DNA from: a phage
Reading direction: 5' to 3' (one strand)
Sequence record: MZ956761.1
DNA: 64,000 nt
Shown here one piece after another: positions 55,696-64,000 of this stretch (the first letter of the stretch is position 1; the number at the start of each line of letters is the position of its first letter). The position numbers and the translations under genes were made by a program. The notes beneath the pieces are model-generated. The model saw nothing but the letters and a program-made list of their open reading frames with translations. It made no database searches and had not been told where the DNA came from.

Positions 55696-55974
55696 ATGAT
55701 TATTGATTCTCAGTCTGTGGTTCAATACACAATCAAAATTGATATTCTAGAAAAGCTATATAAGTTTCTACCAAATTTATACCACTCAATTGTTAATGAA
55801 TTAGTTGAAGAACTACATCTCGAGAATAATGATTTCTTGGTTGGAACTTATAAAGACCTCTCAAAAGCAGGATATTTTTACGTAATTCCAGCTCCAGGAA
55901 AAAGTATTGATGATGTATTAAAAACTATAATGATTTATGTCCATGATTATGAAATTGAAGATTATTTCGAATGA
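55696..55974 (+). CDS. arn: acidic protein, candidate Arn (anti-restriction, McrBC inhibitor)
   Basis: 92 aa, acidic; size and position (between motA and asiA) as T4 Arn. Confidence 0.5.
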   Translation: MIIDSQSVVQYTIKIDILEKLYKFLPNLYHSIVNELVEELHLENNDFLVGTYKDLSKAGYFYVIPAPGKSIDDVLKTIMIYVHDYEIEDYFE

Positions 55975-56123
55975 GTCATAATCTTGAAAAGGTAATCGAG
56001 CATAATGTAGCTCAGGAACGTAAGTCGTTCAAGGAATTCGTAGAAAAAATTTTTGAAGAAAATAACACAGACCAGTTTACAAATCACGCGTCTGATGATA
56101 TTATAACAAAGTCAACTAATTGA
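55971..56123 (+). CDS. hypothetical protein (50 aa)
   Basis: ATGA-coupled; below ORF-track cutoff. Confidence 0.3.
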   Translation: MSHNLEKVIEHNVAQERKSFKEFVEKIFEENNTDQFTNHASDDIITKSTN

Positions 56124-56135
56124 GTGGTATAGTTA

Positions 56136-56408
56136 ATGAATAAAAACATTGATACAGTTCGTGAAATTATTACTATTGCATCTATTTTGATTAAATTTTC
56201 CAGAGAAGATATTGTTGAAAATCGTGCTAATTTTATTGCATTTCTGAATGAGATTGGAGTAACGCATGAAGGTAGAAAATTAAATCAGAATTCATTCCGT
56301 AAAATTGTTTCTGAATTAACTCAAGAAGATAAGAAAACCCTCATCGACGAATTCAACGAGGGTTTTGAGGGTGTATATCGATATCTAGAGATGTATACGA
56401 ACAAATAA
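56136..56408 (+). CDS. asiA: anti-sigma70 factor AsiA
   Basis: 90 aa; sequence agrees with my recollection of T4 AsiA. Confidence 0.85.
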   Translation: MNKNIDTVREIITIASILIKFSREDIVENRANFIAFLNEIGVTHEGRKLNQNSFRKIVSELTQEDKKTLIDEFNEGFEGVYRYLEMYTNK

Positions 56409-57065
56409 TTATTTAGCCCTTCCTAATATTCTGGCCGCCTGAGCACATATTGATTCAAGGCGGTCATTACTTATATGATCATTTCTATACCAGTACATGG
56501 TTATCGTTCCAGCATAGATATTATCCAAATTAAAATATGGACAACTGTACATGTAGTTTATTTCGGGAGTAGGCTTTTTAGTTGGTAAAAAAGCAAATTT
56601 TGAGTCAGAATAATAATGACGTCCATTTAAATGAACTGTATATTCATCCATAGTTTTATCAACAGGATATCCTCCAAGTGATTTTTCAGTTATTGTTGAA
56701 GGTAATCTTCCTTCGTATGCTATAATATCAACAAAATAGTTTAAGTTTTTAGGGCGGAAAGAATACACCGCACTAAAGTCTGCCTCAGATGATATATGAA
56801 CTATCTGGAGTTGTTCCAGGGCGACAGATTCAAAGCGTGCATTTCTTTCCTTTTCAATAATTTCACTGTATGTTTCATACTTTGATTGCTTATAGTACTC
56901 AAAGAAACTATCTCCCCTATACCAAACAATCGCCATCATAAATAAAAGAATTACGACAGCTACCCGGGAAGCAAGAACATTCCCGGTAGCGTTATCTTTG
57001 AACAAGCGATCTAGAACACCAAACAGAATATCAGAGGGCGAAAATGATATTCTAGGTGCTGCCAT
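56409..57065 (-). CDS. t: holin T
   Basis: 218 aa; N-terminal TM segment then large periplasmic domain; follows gene 38 on the - strand. Confidence 0.85.
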   Translation of the reverse strand: MAAPRISFSPSDILFGVLDRLFKDNATGNVLASRVAVVILLFMMAIVWYRGDSFFEYYKQSKYETYSEIIEKERNARFESVALEQLQIVHISSEADFSAVYSFRPKNLNYFVDIIAYEGRLPSTITEKSLGGYPVDKTMDEYTVHLNGRHYYSDSKFAFLPTKKPTPEINYMYSCPYFNLDNIYAGTITMYWYRNDHISNDRLESICAQAARILGRAK

Positions 57066-57095
57066 AGACCCTCCTTTTAAGGATATTTATTCAAA

Positions 57096-57887
57096 TTATA
57101 CTCTTGCACCATATATTGTACCAACTTTAGTCCAAGTTGGAGCATTACCAGTAACAGCTTTACCTGCTGCGCCACCCGAGTGAACAGTTCCTCCAGTACC
57201 ACCTTGAATATATGAAGATTTGCCCGCAGCCCCCAAATCTCCACCATCTCCTCCATGGTGAACCCCAGAAACAGTACCTTTACCAGGAGCAGAAATTGTA
57301 GCGGCAGATGCTGCCGCTGCGCCGCCGCCTGCTGCACCCGCTGCACCAAATGGACGACCTCCGCCGCCACCAAATATCATATCCATCTGGGGGAAAGGAT
57401 GATATCTAGCACCAGCGCCACCACCACCTCCACCACCGATAATACCATTATTGTTTATTCTTAAACGAGTTCCAATTCCGTTATTTATTGCAGTTCCTCC
57501 TGCTCCACCAGCAGAGTTACTTCCGCCATTTCCTCCTCGACCCAATACATGAACACCACTATTAATATTTAAGGTAACATATGCATTAGTTAATGAGCTA
57601 GGAAAATCTAAGCATGGTTGACCTGTCGATGAAGAAACGATATTGCCTGTAATAGTAATAACAACAGGAGTACTTCCTTGGGCTTTTATCCAATTTATTA
57701 GTGTGTCTTTATTATAAGAATTGCTAGCACCAATGCTGTAATATACTTCTTTAGATTGTCCGGCCATTGAGCTCATCCAACCAGGAACTGAAACACGAAC
57801 TGCTCTCATCGCAGCATCCATCCAGCGTTGTCCAGTTTCATTCACGGCAGATTCACCAATCCAGCCAGGAACACCTACAATTGCCAT
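57096..57887 (-). CDS. 38: tail-fibre adhesin gp38 (T2-type, glycine-rich motifs)
   Basis: 263 aa; poly-Gly/Ala blocks (GGGGGGGAGA, GGGGRPFGAAGAAGGGAAA) separated by variable segments. Confidence 0.8.
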   Translation of the reverse strand: MAIVGVPGWIGESAVNETGQRWMDAAMRAVRVSVPGWMSSMAGQSKEVYYSIGASNSYNKDTLINWIKAQGSTPVVITITGNIVSSSTGQPCLDFPSSLTNAYVTLNINSGVHVLGRGGNGGSNSAGGAGGTAINNGIGTRLRINNNGIIGGGGGGGAGARYHPFPQMDMIFGGGGGRPFGAAGAAGGGAAAASAATISAPGKGTVSGVHHGGDGGDLGAAGKSSYIQGGTGGTVHSGGAAGKAVTGNAPTWTKVGTIYGARV

Positions 57888-57898
57888 TAAAAATCCTT

Positions 57899-57916
57899 AG
57901 AGGGCCGAAGCCCTCT
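57899..57916 (-). promoter_or_regulatory. UUCG-loop hairpin between genes 37 and 38
   Basis: On - strand AGAGGGC-TTCG-GCCCTCT directly before the gp38 RBS; no U tract. Confidence 0.45.
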
Positions 57917-57917
57917 T

Positions 57918-60900
57918 TTACATAAGTTTAGATTCGAGTTCTTTTACACGAGAAGAAAGTGTTTTCACAGCTTCAACCAGAAGAGCAATCTGGGCTTGAG
58001 AAGAAACAGTGAGTATTTTATTACCCTTGCTATCTTCTGTTTCATGGACGGCTTCTGGTAAAACGTCTTGCAACGTTTGAGCTATAATACCCGCTTCGGT
58101 TTGAACAGGTTCACCGCCTATATATTCAGCTTTGTCATAGATTAAACCATCAAGTTGCTCAACCCTTTCGAGCGCATTTTTAATAGGTTTAAAATTAGAT
58201 TTCAAGCGAACATCAGAACGAATATAAACGTTAGGAGCATTGACGTTTTTCTCGGAATAAACTTCACTTGAGGTGAATCTAACAACTTTAACGTTGTTCG
58301 CCCACGCTTCTAAAAGCCCATCGCCTACTTGTCTAAAACCAGTATCACTATCACCAATTGCAATGGAGTTACCACCCCAACCGTTGGAGGTATTTACACC
58401 AAATGCTCTCGCAGATCCGCATGATAGTATAGGAGCATAAAATGTTCCGTCCATATCAAAAGTCCAACGAGCCTGTTGCCCCGATGGGTTGTCGCCACGC
58501 ATGCGAATAATACCTTGACGCCAAGTACCAGAAACACCTAACCATCCAAATTCAAATGATTGACGATAGCCCGCGTCAGTTAAAAAACTGTATCCAGAAA
58601 ATAGCGGGTAATAAGCTTGACTTGTCTTGGAAATGCCACCCGTATTCGCTAAGAATGCAGAATTGTCGCGAGTCACATCTGAAATAGCAGAAAAGCTAAC
58701 ACTCCATTGTCCGGCAGCTTTAACTCGTGAATTAATGTTTCCATTAATAGTAATATCTTTATCAAAAGAAGTATTTTCGCCAAGACGAACAGTACCAGCA
58801 GTCATATCGATTGAAAACGGTCGTTTTCCATTCCAATCGCCTTCAGTTGCTTTATTATCGCCGTCTGAAGAGTTTTTGTCAGTCAGTAAAATATAGAAGT
58901 TTCCACCGTCATTTCGAAATAAAACGGAATTAGAACCTGATCTATCAGAATTACTCGTAATACGAATACCGGTTTGGTTATTAATAGCAATTTCCGACTC
59001 TGCTACATAACGCTTAGAACCATTAGGCGTTTTTTGCAAGTTGTTAAGAACACTAGCAACCTGTCCTTGAATAGCCGTCTCAGGAAGTTCAACCGCAGTT
59101 TCTGTTGCACCCGGTTGGTCCGTTGCAAATACCTGGTTAATGGTAGCATTAGGAGTAGCATAATAAGAAACTGCTAGCGCTTGAGCATAAGTACCAACGT
59201 TTACATAGATGTCATAAACATCGCCTGATGTATTAACCGTTGCAACATTCTTAATACCCTGATCGGTATCCATCGACCAAACAACAGCGTTAATACCTTT
59301 CGGGTTATTGTTCGAAGTTCTTAAAACAATTTTCGAAGTAACGCATTGGTGTGGGGTGTTGACATTATAGCCATTACCACCAGCAATTTCGAATGTGACG
59401 GTTGAAGTGGATTGTGGCATTGTCACCGTTGCTAATTTGTACCAACCGCCAGTACCTGAATAAGAAACCATTCGGGTATTGACTTTACGATCTAATGTCG
59501 AGTTCAAGTTAGCAAAGTTAGGTAATGAACCACCCGTGATATTACCATCAGTACCAATACGAACATTACCAGCACCTAATTTACCAGGAGAGTAAAAATC
59601 ACCATTTTTATTAAATTCCCAACCTAAATCCTTTATAATTGCGCCAGTAGAACCGCCATCGCCACCTTCGTGATAATGAACTCTAAAGTTACCACCATTA
59701 ATTAAAGTACCAATAGAATAGCAACTATTATTTTGAACGTATCTTTGTTTCACAATAGGAACATAAGTGCTTGTATCGGTTCTATCTATATTCATGTAGA
59801 ACGGAGCACGAACGTTTTCATTATTTTGTGAAGCAAATGAACCTGCACCGGCTGGGCGAACAGCATCAGTACATTCTGCATCAATGTATGCCGACTGACC
59901 TATCTGCATACGGTAATTAGGAGAAATACGACTATGACTAGTAACAACAACAAGTTTGTTATCATTGTCTACAGTAATCATATTGCCGCCTCTGCCATCA
60001 TCGCCTAATGTGACAGAATGACGCATGGTGACTTTACCATCACTTAATGCAATATAGAACGGGCGTAAATTAGAAATACCACCTGATTCACCAACATTCT
60101 GTGGAGTTGGAATAATATAAAGCTTATCTTCAGAACGTCGGAAAATAGCACCGTATTCAGCATTCCAAATTCTTAATGCATCAGCCGTTCCACCAAATTT
60201 AGCTTGTCCGTTTACAGATAATCCATTATTAACATTTAAAGAAGATTCAGTTGTAATAGAACCAGAAGCAACAATACTACCTGAAGTTAATAAACCACCA
60301 TTAACTCGAAATTGAATAGGTCCGACAGTAGAACCTGATCCGGGAGCAACTCGCTGAGAATAAAAATGGTAACCTTGCCCATCTGATACTTCAAAAACTG
60401 TTTCACGGGAACGATCTCCAGATGTGTTAAATGAATTACCCCACGCTTTAACAGTTACATAGCTTTTATTCTGCCCAGCACGCTTACCACCTTCCCACAA
60501 AATTTGCTTAGTGCCGTCAATTGTAGTAGTTGGAGCGAATGTTAGCCCAGCAGTAGAATTATTAGCTGCTAAATATATGCCGTTATATATTGAAAGCTGC
60601 TTAACAGATGTAATACCGCCATCAGCATAAAACATTACATTATTAGAGCCAGTTACTAGTTTAAGAATACCAGGGTTAACTTCCATGCCTTCTTGGGTAT
60701 TAATATTAGTTTTGCCTTTACCACGGAAATAGTGGTTCATTTTTCCGCCTGAGTTATAGCCAATATGTGTCTGACCGTCTCCAGCAGTGTTTTCATCAGC
60801 TTGTGTTTGAACTGATAAAAATGCAGCGTTCGTTCCAGGCATAATCCATGTTGTACCTTGGTCTTCTGAGCGTCCAAATATTGCTTTGCGAGTACTACGG

Positions 60901-61901
60901 AAACTATCAGGTGTAATAGATGCCAAAGATAAACCAGAACCAACAAAATCAAATACGCCGGTTTTTCTATAAACTAGACCAGTTCCATTATCACCTAAAG
61001 CAAGAAATATATTTCCTAGTGCCCCAACATTTCCATAATCGCTTGACGGAAACCCTTGCGTCACAGTACCAATGGCCAAGCTATTGCGAATAATCATTCT
61101 ACCGTCGTTACGAATACCATATAGTTTAAATAACGGTATATTACCAGTCCACCAAGAAACTTCATCAGCCAGGCCTGTTTGGGCAGTAACAATTTCATGA
61201 TAAATTGTACCACCGGACTTAGCGCGAACTTTACGAAGATAGTTTACGCCATTTGTTTCACCGGTTCCAGGATAAACATAGTTAACCAAAGATTGTGAAT
61301 CGTATTGTCCAAATGATTTAGAATCATGATTAATTAAATTAACACTAATAGTTGGTGTACTAATAGAAGTTAAAGCAGTTAATTTGCGTGCCTGGAAGAT
61401 ACCACCATCGGTAGAAATGAAATGAAATTCTGAATTTTGAGCTCCCGCAGCGGTTCCTTGACGAACACGCATTGTAATTACGCCTTCATTTTCAGACTGC
61501 GGTTTTGAATATAAAACGCCACGTTCTGAGCCATTTGTATTTTCAAACCAAAGATGGGCATTTGCAGTATCGTTTGTTGCTCTTGCATAAAATGAACCCT
61601 GTGTAGATCTGAAAACTTTTGCAGTTACGCCATCAGTAGAACCAATAGGTCCATTTATAGTCATTCCACCTGTTTGTACATAATCGCCGTTTAACCTCAA
61701 AAGACCATTGATAGTTACATTTCCATCAATTTGACCGCCTTTAGCAATACCTAGATCAATGATATTTCCTGAATCATCTTTAGTAAAAATTGTTCTATCT
61801 TTTAAGTTTATAGCCAATTCACCTTCGGCTAATACTGAAGCAGCAGGACGTGCACCTGCGGTTTTGCTTCTTTTAAATTGTATTTGTTTTAAAGTAGCCA
61901 T
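57918..61901 (-). CDS. 37: long tail fibre distal subunit gp37
   Basis: 1327 aa, Gly/Ser/Thr/Asn-rich fibre; C-terminal chaperone-like domain. Confidence 0.9.
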   Translation of the reverse strand: MATLKQIQFKRSKTAGARPAASVLAEGELAINLKDRTIFTKDDSGNIIDLGIAKGGQIDGNVTINGLLRLNGDYVQTGGMTINGPIGSTDGVTAKVFRSTQGSFYARATNDTANAHLWFENTNGSERGVLYSKPQSENEGVITMRVRQGTAAGAQNSEFHFISTDGGIFQARKLTALTSISTPTISVNLINHDSKSFGQYDSQSLVNYVYPGTGETNGVNYLRKVRAKSGGTIYHEIVTAQTGLADEVSWWTGNIPLFKLYGIRNDGRMIIRNSLAIGTVTQGFPSSDYGNVGALGNIFLALGDNGTGLVYRKTGVFDFVGSGLSLASITPDSFRSTRKAIFGRSEDQGTTWIMPGTNAAFLSVQTQADENTAGDGQTHIGYNSGGKMNHYFRGKGKTNINTQEGMEVNPGILKLVTGSNNVMFYADGGITSVKQLSIYNGIYLAANNSTAGLTFAPTTTIDGTKQILWEGGKRAGQNKSYVTVKAWGNSFNTSGDRSRETVFEVSDGQGYHFYSQRVAPGSGSTVGPIQFRVNGGLLTSGSIVASGSITTESSLNVNNGLSVNGQAKFGGTADALRIWNAEYGAIFRRSEDKLYIIPTPQNVGESGGISNLRPFYIALSDGKVTMRHSVTLGDDGRGGNMITVDNDNKLVVVTSHSRISPNYRMQIGQSAYIDAECTDAVRPAGAGSFASQNNENVRAPFYMNIDRTDTSTYVPIVKQRYVQNNSCYSIGTLINGGNFRVHYHEGGDGGSTGAIIKDLGWEFNKNGDFYSPGKLGAGNVRIGTDGNITGGSLPNFANLNSTLDRKVNTRMVSYSGTGGWYKLATVTMPQSTSTVTFEIAGGNGYNVNTPHQCVTSKIVLRTSNNNPKGINAVVWSMDTDQGIKNVATVNTSGDVYDIYVNVGTYAQALAVSYYATPNATINQVFATDQPGATETAVELPETAIQGQVASVLNNLQKTPNGSKRYVAESEIAINNQTGIRITSNSDRSGSNSVLFRNDGGNFYILLTDKNSSDGDNKATEGDWNGKRPFSIDMTAGTVRLGENTSFDKDITINGNINSRVKAAGQWSVSFSAISDVTRDNSAFLANTGGISKTSQAYYPLFSGYSFLTDAGYRQSFEFGWLGVSGTWRQGIIRMRGDNPSGQQARWTFDMDGTFYAPILSCGSARAFGVNTSNGWGGNSIAIGDSDTGFRQVGDGLLEAWANNVKVVRFTSSEVYSEKNVNAPNVYIRSDVRLKSNFKPIKNALERVEQLDGLIYDKAEYIGGEPVQTEAGIIAQTLQDVLPEAVHETEDSKGNKILTVSSQAQIALLVEAVKTLSSRVKELESKLM

Positions 61902-61909
61902 AAGTCCTC

Positions 61910-62575
61910 TTAATAATAGCCGAAATCTTGAACAGAATCCTTAATTACGATTTGATCAAATCGTGGAACGTGTGAGGGTTGAGATGCGGGATTCTGTGAG
62001 AAAAAGTTTGGCGCTGTTAAATTACCTATCATAGTGTCGCCAGAACGCAACACTCTAGAGTTCGCATTTGCCGTAACAGTATTTATTGCTCCATCAACAT
62101 AGTCCTTTCTAGTAAGGTCATTCGCTGCTATAGGAGCAGCCGCATCACTTCTTACTTGACCAGCTGCCGATACAACACCTTTTGTGTTAATATCACCATT
62201 ACGTGCATTAATTACAACAGTTCGAGCTGCTGAACCTTGCGATGATTTAAAACCAATACCATTCCACGAAACAATATCGATATTTGCTACAGCAAAAGTA
62301 GCATTATCACCGTTACCTGGATAAATACCGCATGGGTTTGTGTTGTTTACAGCATATGGGACTTGGACGCCGCCGTTAAATGTTACCTTTGATGCATAAG
62401 TACCACCATTAGCTTTAGAAACGAAATCGTTATCAGCAGCTTGTGGTTTATTATATTCTGAATATATTTTAAATGATTTATAGAGTACATCGTCACCGGC
62501 TGGATTCAATGGAAAATTTCCTTGATGCCAAATGACAGAGCCTCCAGTTGTTGAACCTACTTTTAAATCAGCCAT
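61910..62575 (-). CDS. 36: long tail fibre subunit gp36
   Basis: 221 aa as in T4; synteny 35-36-37. Confidence 0.85.
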   Translation of the reverse strand: MADLKVGSTTGGSVIWHQGNFPLNPAGDDVLYKSFKIYSEYNKPQAADNDFVSKANGGTYASKVTFNGGVQVPYAVNNTNPCGIYPGNGDNATFAVANIDIVSWNGIGFKSSQGSAARTVVINARNGDINTKGVVSAAGQVRSDAAAPIAANDLTRKDYVDGAINTVTANANSRVLRSGDTMIGNLTAPNFFSQNPASQPSHVPRFDQIVIKDSVQDFGYY

Positions 62576-62598
62576 TGTATGCCCCTTTATTTTAATAG

Positions 62599-62606
62599 TA
62601 TTTATA
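62599..62606 (-). promoter_or_regulatory. T4 late promoter TATAAATA for gene 36
   Basis: TATTTATA on + strand equals TATAAATA on - strand, about 24 nt upstream of the gp36 ATG. Confidence 0.6.
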
Positions 62607-62610
62607 AAGA

Positions 62611-62632
62611 AAAAGGGAGCCCGAAGGCTCCC
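62611..62632 (-). terminator. intrinsic terminator after gene 35
   Basis: On - strand GGGAGCC-TTCG-GGCTCCC-TTTTTCTTT. Confidence 0.65.
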
Positions 62633-62637
62633 TCAAT

Positions 62638-63753
62638 TTATACTTCTCTAAATTCTTGCCCAAACACTTTACCAGTTTTAGACGATGCTTGTGTAGGAAG
62701 TACCATTATATCCGGAGGTGAAGCAGATTCACAGATATAATTAACTCGAATACCGTTGACGCCAAATTCAGCGGGTTTTGAAATGCCGCCATTTCTTGAT
62801 ACTTCAGAAAAGCTTAAATTTCTCATGCCACCTTGGCCAGCTTGTGCAGTTCTCTGTGCGTATATCGTAAATCCTACTGCGTTTTCTGGAACAACTACAT
62901 AATCTTCCTTTAATTCCCATGACCCAGCTTGCCCAGTAAATTCAGCTTGTGTCGAGGAAATATATCCATTTGATGCATTATAAAATCGAATGGATATATT
63001 CGTAGTTCCAAGAGCAAGTAAATCGGCATCAGCATATAACTGAGCTTTAAGATAAAGAACATCACCAGGAATTAAATTATAATCAGATAATTTACTTATA
63101 GCAGCTGAAGTTGGTAGACGCGCAATTTCGTTATTAGTTCCACCAACAGCTGACATAAATTGCTCAACGCTTTCATACGTTCTTCTTGGAAACCCGGTAG
63201 CTCCGACATCTTCTAAACTGTCAAATACTACATCTAAAATAGTTTGATAATCATCTGTGCTTTTTCTATTACTCAGTTTAACATGCTCTAATGCAATAGC
63301 TCTTTTAGAAGAAGTATAAAAAGCAGCATATGATACGTCGAATCTTGACAATATAGAGTCAGATGGAAAAGCAGACGTTCCGGCGGTTCTTAACCAAGAT
63401 ACTACTTCAGGAGGAAAATTAACCTTTCCGTTAGTTAATATAGCAACAATTCGATTATTCGTCAAAGAATTCATGAAACTAACAAAAGCAGCTGATGTAG
63501 TATCATTTGAAGTAGAAAAAGCATATGACTTACTATCAACTAATGCTCCTGTGGAAGGGTCAAAAACTCTTAAATGAAGACCTGTGCTAAATGTTTGACT
63601 TCCTACAGGATTATCTTGAAATTTAACGTATGGCCCTGCAGTAGAAAGCGGGCAAGAACCCGCTATGCTTATTTTATATCTTACTGAATTGCTTTCCGAT
63701 AAAAACGGCGTTTGGACATATCCTTGTCCAAACTCTGCCATAAATTTTTCCAT
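62638..63753 (-). CDS. 35: long tail fibre hinge subunit gp35
   Basis: 371 aa; synteny. Confidence 0.85.
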   Translation of the reverse strand: MEKFMAEFGQGYVQTPFLSESNSVRYKISIAGSCPLSTAGPYVKFQDNPVGSQTFSTGLHLRVFDPSTGALVDSKSYAFSTSNDTTSAAFVSFMNSLTNNRIVAILTNGKVNFPPEVVSWLRTAGTSAFPSDSILSRFDVSYAAFYTSSKRAIALEHVKLSNRKSTDDYQTILDVVFDSLEDVGATGFPRRTYESVEQFMSAVGGTNNEIARLPTSAAISKLSDYNLIPGDVLYLKAQLYADADLLALGTTNISIRFYNASNGYISSTQAEFTGQAGSWELKEDYVVVPENAVGFTIYAQRTAQAGQGGMRNLSFSEVSRNGGISKPAEFGVNGIRVNYICESASPPDIMVLPTQASSKTGKVFGQEFREV

Positions 63754-63762
63754 AATACCTCT

Positions 63763-64000
63763 TATTCAACCCATTCAAATTTAACCGTTTTATTCACTGG
63801 GTCAGGAACAATGCGAACATTACCAATTCGCAAGAAATCACGAATAGTAAGATTCCCCATTGTAGCATTATCAGATGGTAAAGCACCGATATCAGATGGT
63901 TGAGGAGGGTTACCTCCGTCAAATACCTGAACAAAACTTGACCAAGAGTTTTTGGTTTTCTGCCATGTACGTGTCCAGCGAGTGGTACGCGCTTCTGGCG
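63763..64000 (-). CDS. 34: long tail fibre proximal subunit gp34, C-terminal fragment
   Basis: Open frame on - strand ending ...KFEWVE, stop at 63763-63765, continues beyond window. Confidence 0.7.

Noticed and set aside
57077-57887. Overlapping Gly/Ala-rich ORFs (57077-57373 on -, 57255-57464 on +) and GC-rich repeats within gene 38
   Set aside because: Alternative frames of the glycine-rich gp38 coding sequence; the short GGN-type repeats are codon repeats, not a CRISPR array or satellite.
1-64000. tRNA, rRNA or other structured RNA genes
   Set aside because: No cloverleaf-like or long non-coding intervals seen; the gene-free stretches are short promoter/terminator spacers.
1-64000. Integrase, transposase or insertion-sequence elements
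   Set aside because: No recombinase-sized ORFs with recognisable motifs and no terminal inverted repeats flanking a cargo block; the dispersed repeats are promoter/hairpin cassettes.

Overview
This 64-kb window is a segment of a T-even (T4-like, Tequatrovirus-type) coliphage genome, reverse-complemented relative to the conventional T4 map. The + strand carries a collinear early/middle block: nrdC, 49, nrdD, nrdG, nrdH, 55, a-gt, 47, 46, rpbA, 45, 44, 62, regA, 43, imm region, 42, a second glucosyltransferase, uvsX, 40, 41, dmd, sp, 61, 56, soc, modB, modA, srd-position ORF, dda, dexA, fused 39, rIIA, rIIB, denB, ndd, stp, ac, 52, motA, arn, asiA. The - strand carries the late lysis/tail-fibre genes t, 38, 37, 36, 35 and the 3' end of 34. 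Identifications rest on ORF length, synteny, catalytic motifs and recollection of T4 protein sequences; no database search was possible. The phage looks T2/T6-like rather than T4 itself: gp39 is a single 605-aa ORF, gp38 is a glycine-rich adhesin, nrdD is intronless, and no homing-endonuclease ORFs or dam were recognised. Intergenic regions are punctuated by GTTTAC/-10 early promoters, several embedded in perfect inverted repeats, and by GC-rich UUCG-loop hairpins. No tRNA, rRNA, CRISPR array or transposon was found. Two runs of ambiguous bases (15207-15507, 51890-52041) lower confidence locally. The most promising candidates for undescribed functions are the small accessory ORFs flanked by promoter-hairpin cassettes, especially 28659-29160 inside the dmd/sp cluster, 22443-23475 beside imm, the antisense ORF at 31120-31320 and the motA-arn interval; none can be assigned a function from sequence alone.
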